Shown: positions 61,500 through 64,000 of the stretch, piece by piece
How positions within the stretch are numbered: the first letter of the stretch is position 1
How the letters are laid out: each line of letters opens with the position of its first letter
Source: Oikopleura dioica
Lineage: Eukaryota; Animalia; Chordata
Reading direction: 5' to 3'
Length of the DNA: 64,000 nt
NCBI GenBank assembly: GCA_907165135.1
Contig: OU015570.1
Coordinates: 1,302,001-1,366,000, forward strand
Notes under the pieces: model-generated
Databases searched by the model: none
What the model was told of the DNA's origin: nothing
The model's input: the letters and a program-made list of their open reading frames with translations, nothing else
Program-made: the position numbers and the translations under genes

Positions 61500-62737
61500 C
61501 AGTGTTGGAAAACCCGCAACATTTCCCGCGGGCGCGGGCGGGCGCGGGGGCCGATTTCAAAATTTTCCGCGGGTGCGGGCGGGCGCGGTTGCCAATTCCA
61601 AAATTTCCTGCGGGTCCGGGCGGGCGCGGGGGCCAACTCAAAAATTTCGTGCGGGTCCGGGCGGGCGCGGGCGGGGGCCCCGCAGATTTCGCGCCCGCGG
61701 GCGCCCGGGGGTGGAGGGCGCCCGTAACCCTCGCGTCCGCAAGCCCCGCGGGTTCAGAAATCAGCAAATAAAAAATAATTTTTGATAAAAACCATAATAG
61801 AGTTATAAACTAAGATAATTTGAATTTTTCAAACGATGGGTGTGGGTGGGGTTGGGGACAAAACTGAGATTGATCAACTTAGAGTTCCCAGCCATTGTCA
61901 AGCCCCTTAAATTCAAAAATCTTGAAACAGGGCTGAGACGGCCCGAAGGGCCGTCAAGCCCCTTAAATTCAAAAATCATGGAACAGGGCTGAGACGGCCC
62001 GAAGGCGGAAAAAATCGCCATTTTCACGCTTAGTACTATTTATACCCATTTTTACGTGGGCAAAAATTTCGGGTTAAGATGTTTGTTAAGGGATAGTGTG
62101 ATACATCAAAATGATTCTCAGAAAGCTAGGAATATATGGCACAAAAACTTTTTAACGCCCATTTTTCTCTTTTCTTCCATTTCTTCCATTTTGGTCACTA
62201 GACTGGGATGGACACTAGGTTCATGTTCGAGTTTAGGTTTCGGGCTCTGTTTTGGTTTGGGTTAGGCTTTGGTTTCGGGCATTCTATTGATCAAACGATG
62301 GCATTAAAATCCATGTGCCATACATGCCACAATTGTCGTCGGCGGGTGAAATTCCGGTTTGTCGTTGTAAGGTTAACATGCCATGAGACCTGTGATAAAG
62401 AGTTGAAAAAACAGGGGAATCCCTTGAATTCAAAAACCAAGGAGGGAGAAAAAGGGGGGAATCGGCCATTTGGCCGTCAAGCTCAATTTAAATTCAAGGC
62501 GAGGGAAGGGGGCCCCGGGCGGCTGAAAAAAATTTGTACGGGCGCGGGCGGGCGCGGGGGCCAAATCAGAAATTTTTTGCGGTCGCGGGCGGGCGCGGGG
62601 GCCAAATCAGAAATTTTTGCGGTCGCGGGCGGGCGCGGGGCCAGATCCGAAATTTTTGCGGGTACGGGGGGCGCGGGCGCCCGCAGCCCCCGCCCGCCGC
62701 CCCCGCGGGGTTCGCGGGCGGGTTTTTTCCAACACTG
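61500..62737. mobile_element. hAT-type MITE with GC-rich arms
   Basis: TIR CAGTGTTGGAAAA ... TTTTCCAACACTG; exact 8-bp TSD GATAGAGA; carries the G-tract/hairpin module at 61838-62005. Confidence 0.88.
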
Positions 62738-63420
62738 GATAGAGATAGTAGAAGTAGCACCCTAACAATGGTGTCAGAAGTAAACGAACTCAAAGAAGAC
62801 CTAACAGGTACAGTTATTTTCCTATTTTGTGGACATTTTTTGTCCCAAATTTTCATAAAAATGTCCACAAAAGTGGGCAAGAGTCTTCAAAAAAATGTCC
62901 CGCCGTACTGCCTTAAAATTTTTTTCTTCGATAAATTTTTCTTCATTAATGGCGAATTATATCATCAAAATGCCTTTGTTTTGACTGTTATACCAGTTTT
63001 GGTCAATTAAACTGTATTAGACTTTGATTTCTTATCAAAAACATCCTTATTTTTGAAAAAAACACCCTGTTAATTCCTCACAAATTTTCTTAGCTGGACA
63101 AATGTCCACAAAAGTGGAACATTATCCTTGCAAAAGTGTCCCACAAAAACCCCTTTAAATGAAGAAAATGTCCACAAAGTTGGGGTCCACAAAAGAGGAA
63201 AAAAACTGTATGTAAAATTGGGGAAAACAAAAAGTAAATAGGAATTTAACCAAGTAGACAAATAAGACAGTATATAACTCACTCCTAAAGGCCTTACTGT
63301 GAAGTTCAGCCCTGAGTCATTGCGATAGCTTGCATCCAGAATTCTGGCCCCAAGTTTAGTGGCTCACACCTGAACAGGTGACAGTTTTTGACCTTATATC
63401 GATGTAACCCGTTTAGGAGC

Positions 63421-63760
63421 TTAATTACCCCCTGATTTGCCATGAGGCCATTGTAAGACCTGAGCGGTCGCAGGGATACCTGTTGTAATGCCGCCGGGCT
63501 ATGCGTGCCGGAATCAAATCGGAACCCCTAATTATGTTTAATCCCCCTGATTTGCCATGAGGCCATTGTAAGACCTAAACGGTTGCAGGGATACCTGTTG
63601 TAATGCCGCCGGGCTATGCGTGCCGGAATCAAATCGTTATCCCTAATTATGTTTAATTACCCCCTGATTTGACATGAGGCCATAGTAAGACCTAAGCGGT
63701 TGCAGGGATACCTGTTGTAATGCCGTCGGGCTATGAGTGCCGGAATCAAATCTGATAATC
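63421..63760. repeat. ~116-bp tandem repeat (x3)
   Basis: CCCTGATTTG(C/A)CATGAGGCCAT...GCCGGAATCAAATC recurs at ~63430, 63545 and 63662. Confidence 0.85.
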
Positions 63761-64000
63761 CCTAGATAATTCTAATTCATTACTTGTTTAAAGGGGGAAA
63801 TATAATTACATCAAAATCGGATCTTGATTGACCGCGCTAATATCAAGGCACACTAATAAAAATCAAAGGTCTCCTCACGATCTCGAGTGTTTAACTCCAC
63901 ATCGAAGGGGAAAAATGTTTGTTTATTACACAGCCCACTTATGCACGCGAAGTCAAGCAAGTTTCCGCTTGATATTATCTGATATCGTAATAGTAGACGT

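Noticed and set aside
4398-62880. ORFs inside repeats (e.g. 4450-4815, 16924-17124, 25629-25898, 54963-55355, 56647-56994, 61276-61785, 62534-63010)
   Set aside because: Low-complexity translations of MITE, LTR or satellite DNA, often duplicated along with the repeat.
1-64000. tRNA, rRNA or other structured RNA genes
   Set aside because: No cloverleaf, A/B box or rRNA-conserved motif was recognised by eye; a covariance-model scan would be needed to exclude them.

Overview
This is AT-rich eukaryotic DNA made almost entirely of nested transposable elements, satellites and decayed gene fragments. Short (40-70 nt) GT-AG introns and no CpG depletion fit a compact animal genome such as the appendicularian Oikopleura; that host assignment is an inference. 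Main contents: (1) a UBX-domain gene end with an in-frame TAG and a Kelch exon remnant; (2) a 19.8-kb nested stack in which a hAT-type MITE (8-bp TSD) holds a long-TIR element (8-bp TSD, ~2-kb arms with a 57-bp satellite, decayed DDE/CxxH transposase), which holds a decayed Ty3/Gypsy element, which holds a TTAA MITE; (3) a 13.3-kb Ty3/Gypsy element (39286-52631, minus strand) with LTRs identical over 334 bp; (4) hairpin satellites, a large palindrome and many MITEs. The best candidate for a new system is the 13.3-kb element. Between integrase and the 3' LTR it carries ~6.6 kb holding at least four extra genes of unrecognised family. Three are multi-exon models with frame-consistent GT-AG introns, on both strands, and partly interleaved. 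All gene models were built by eye and have not been checked against transcripts or databases.
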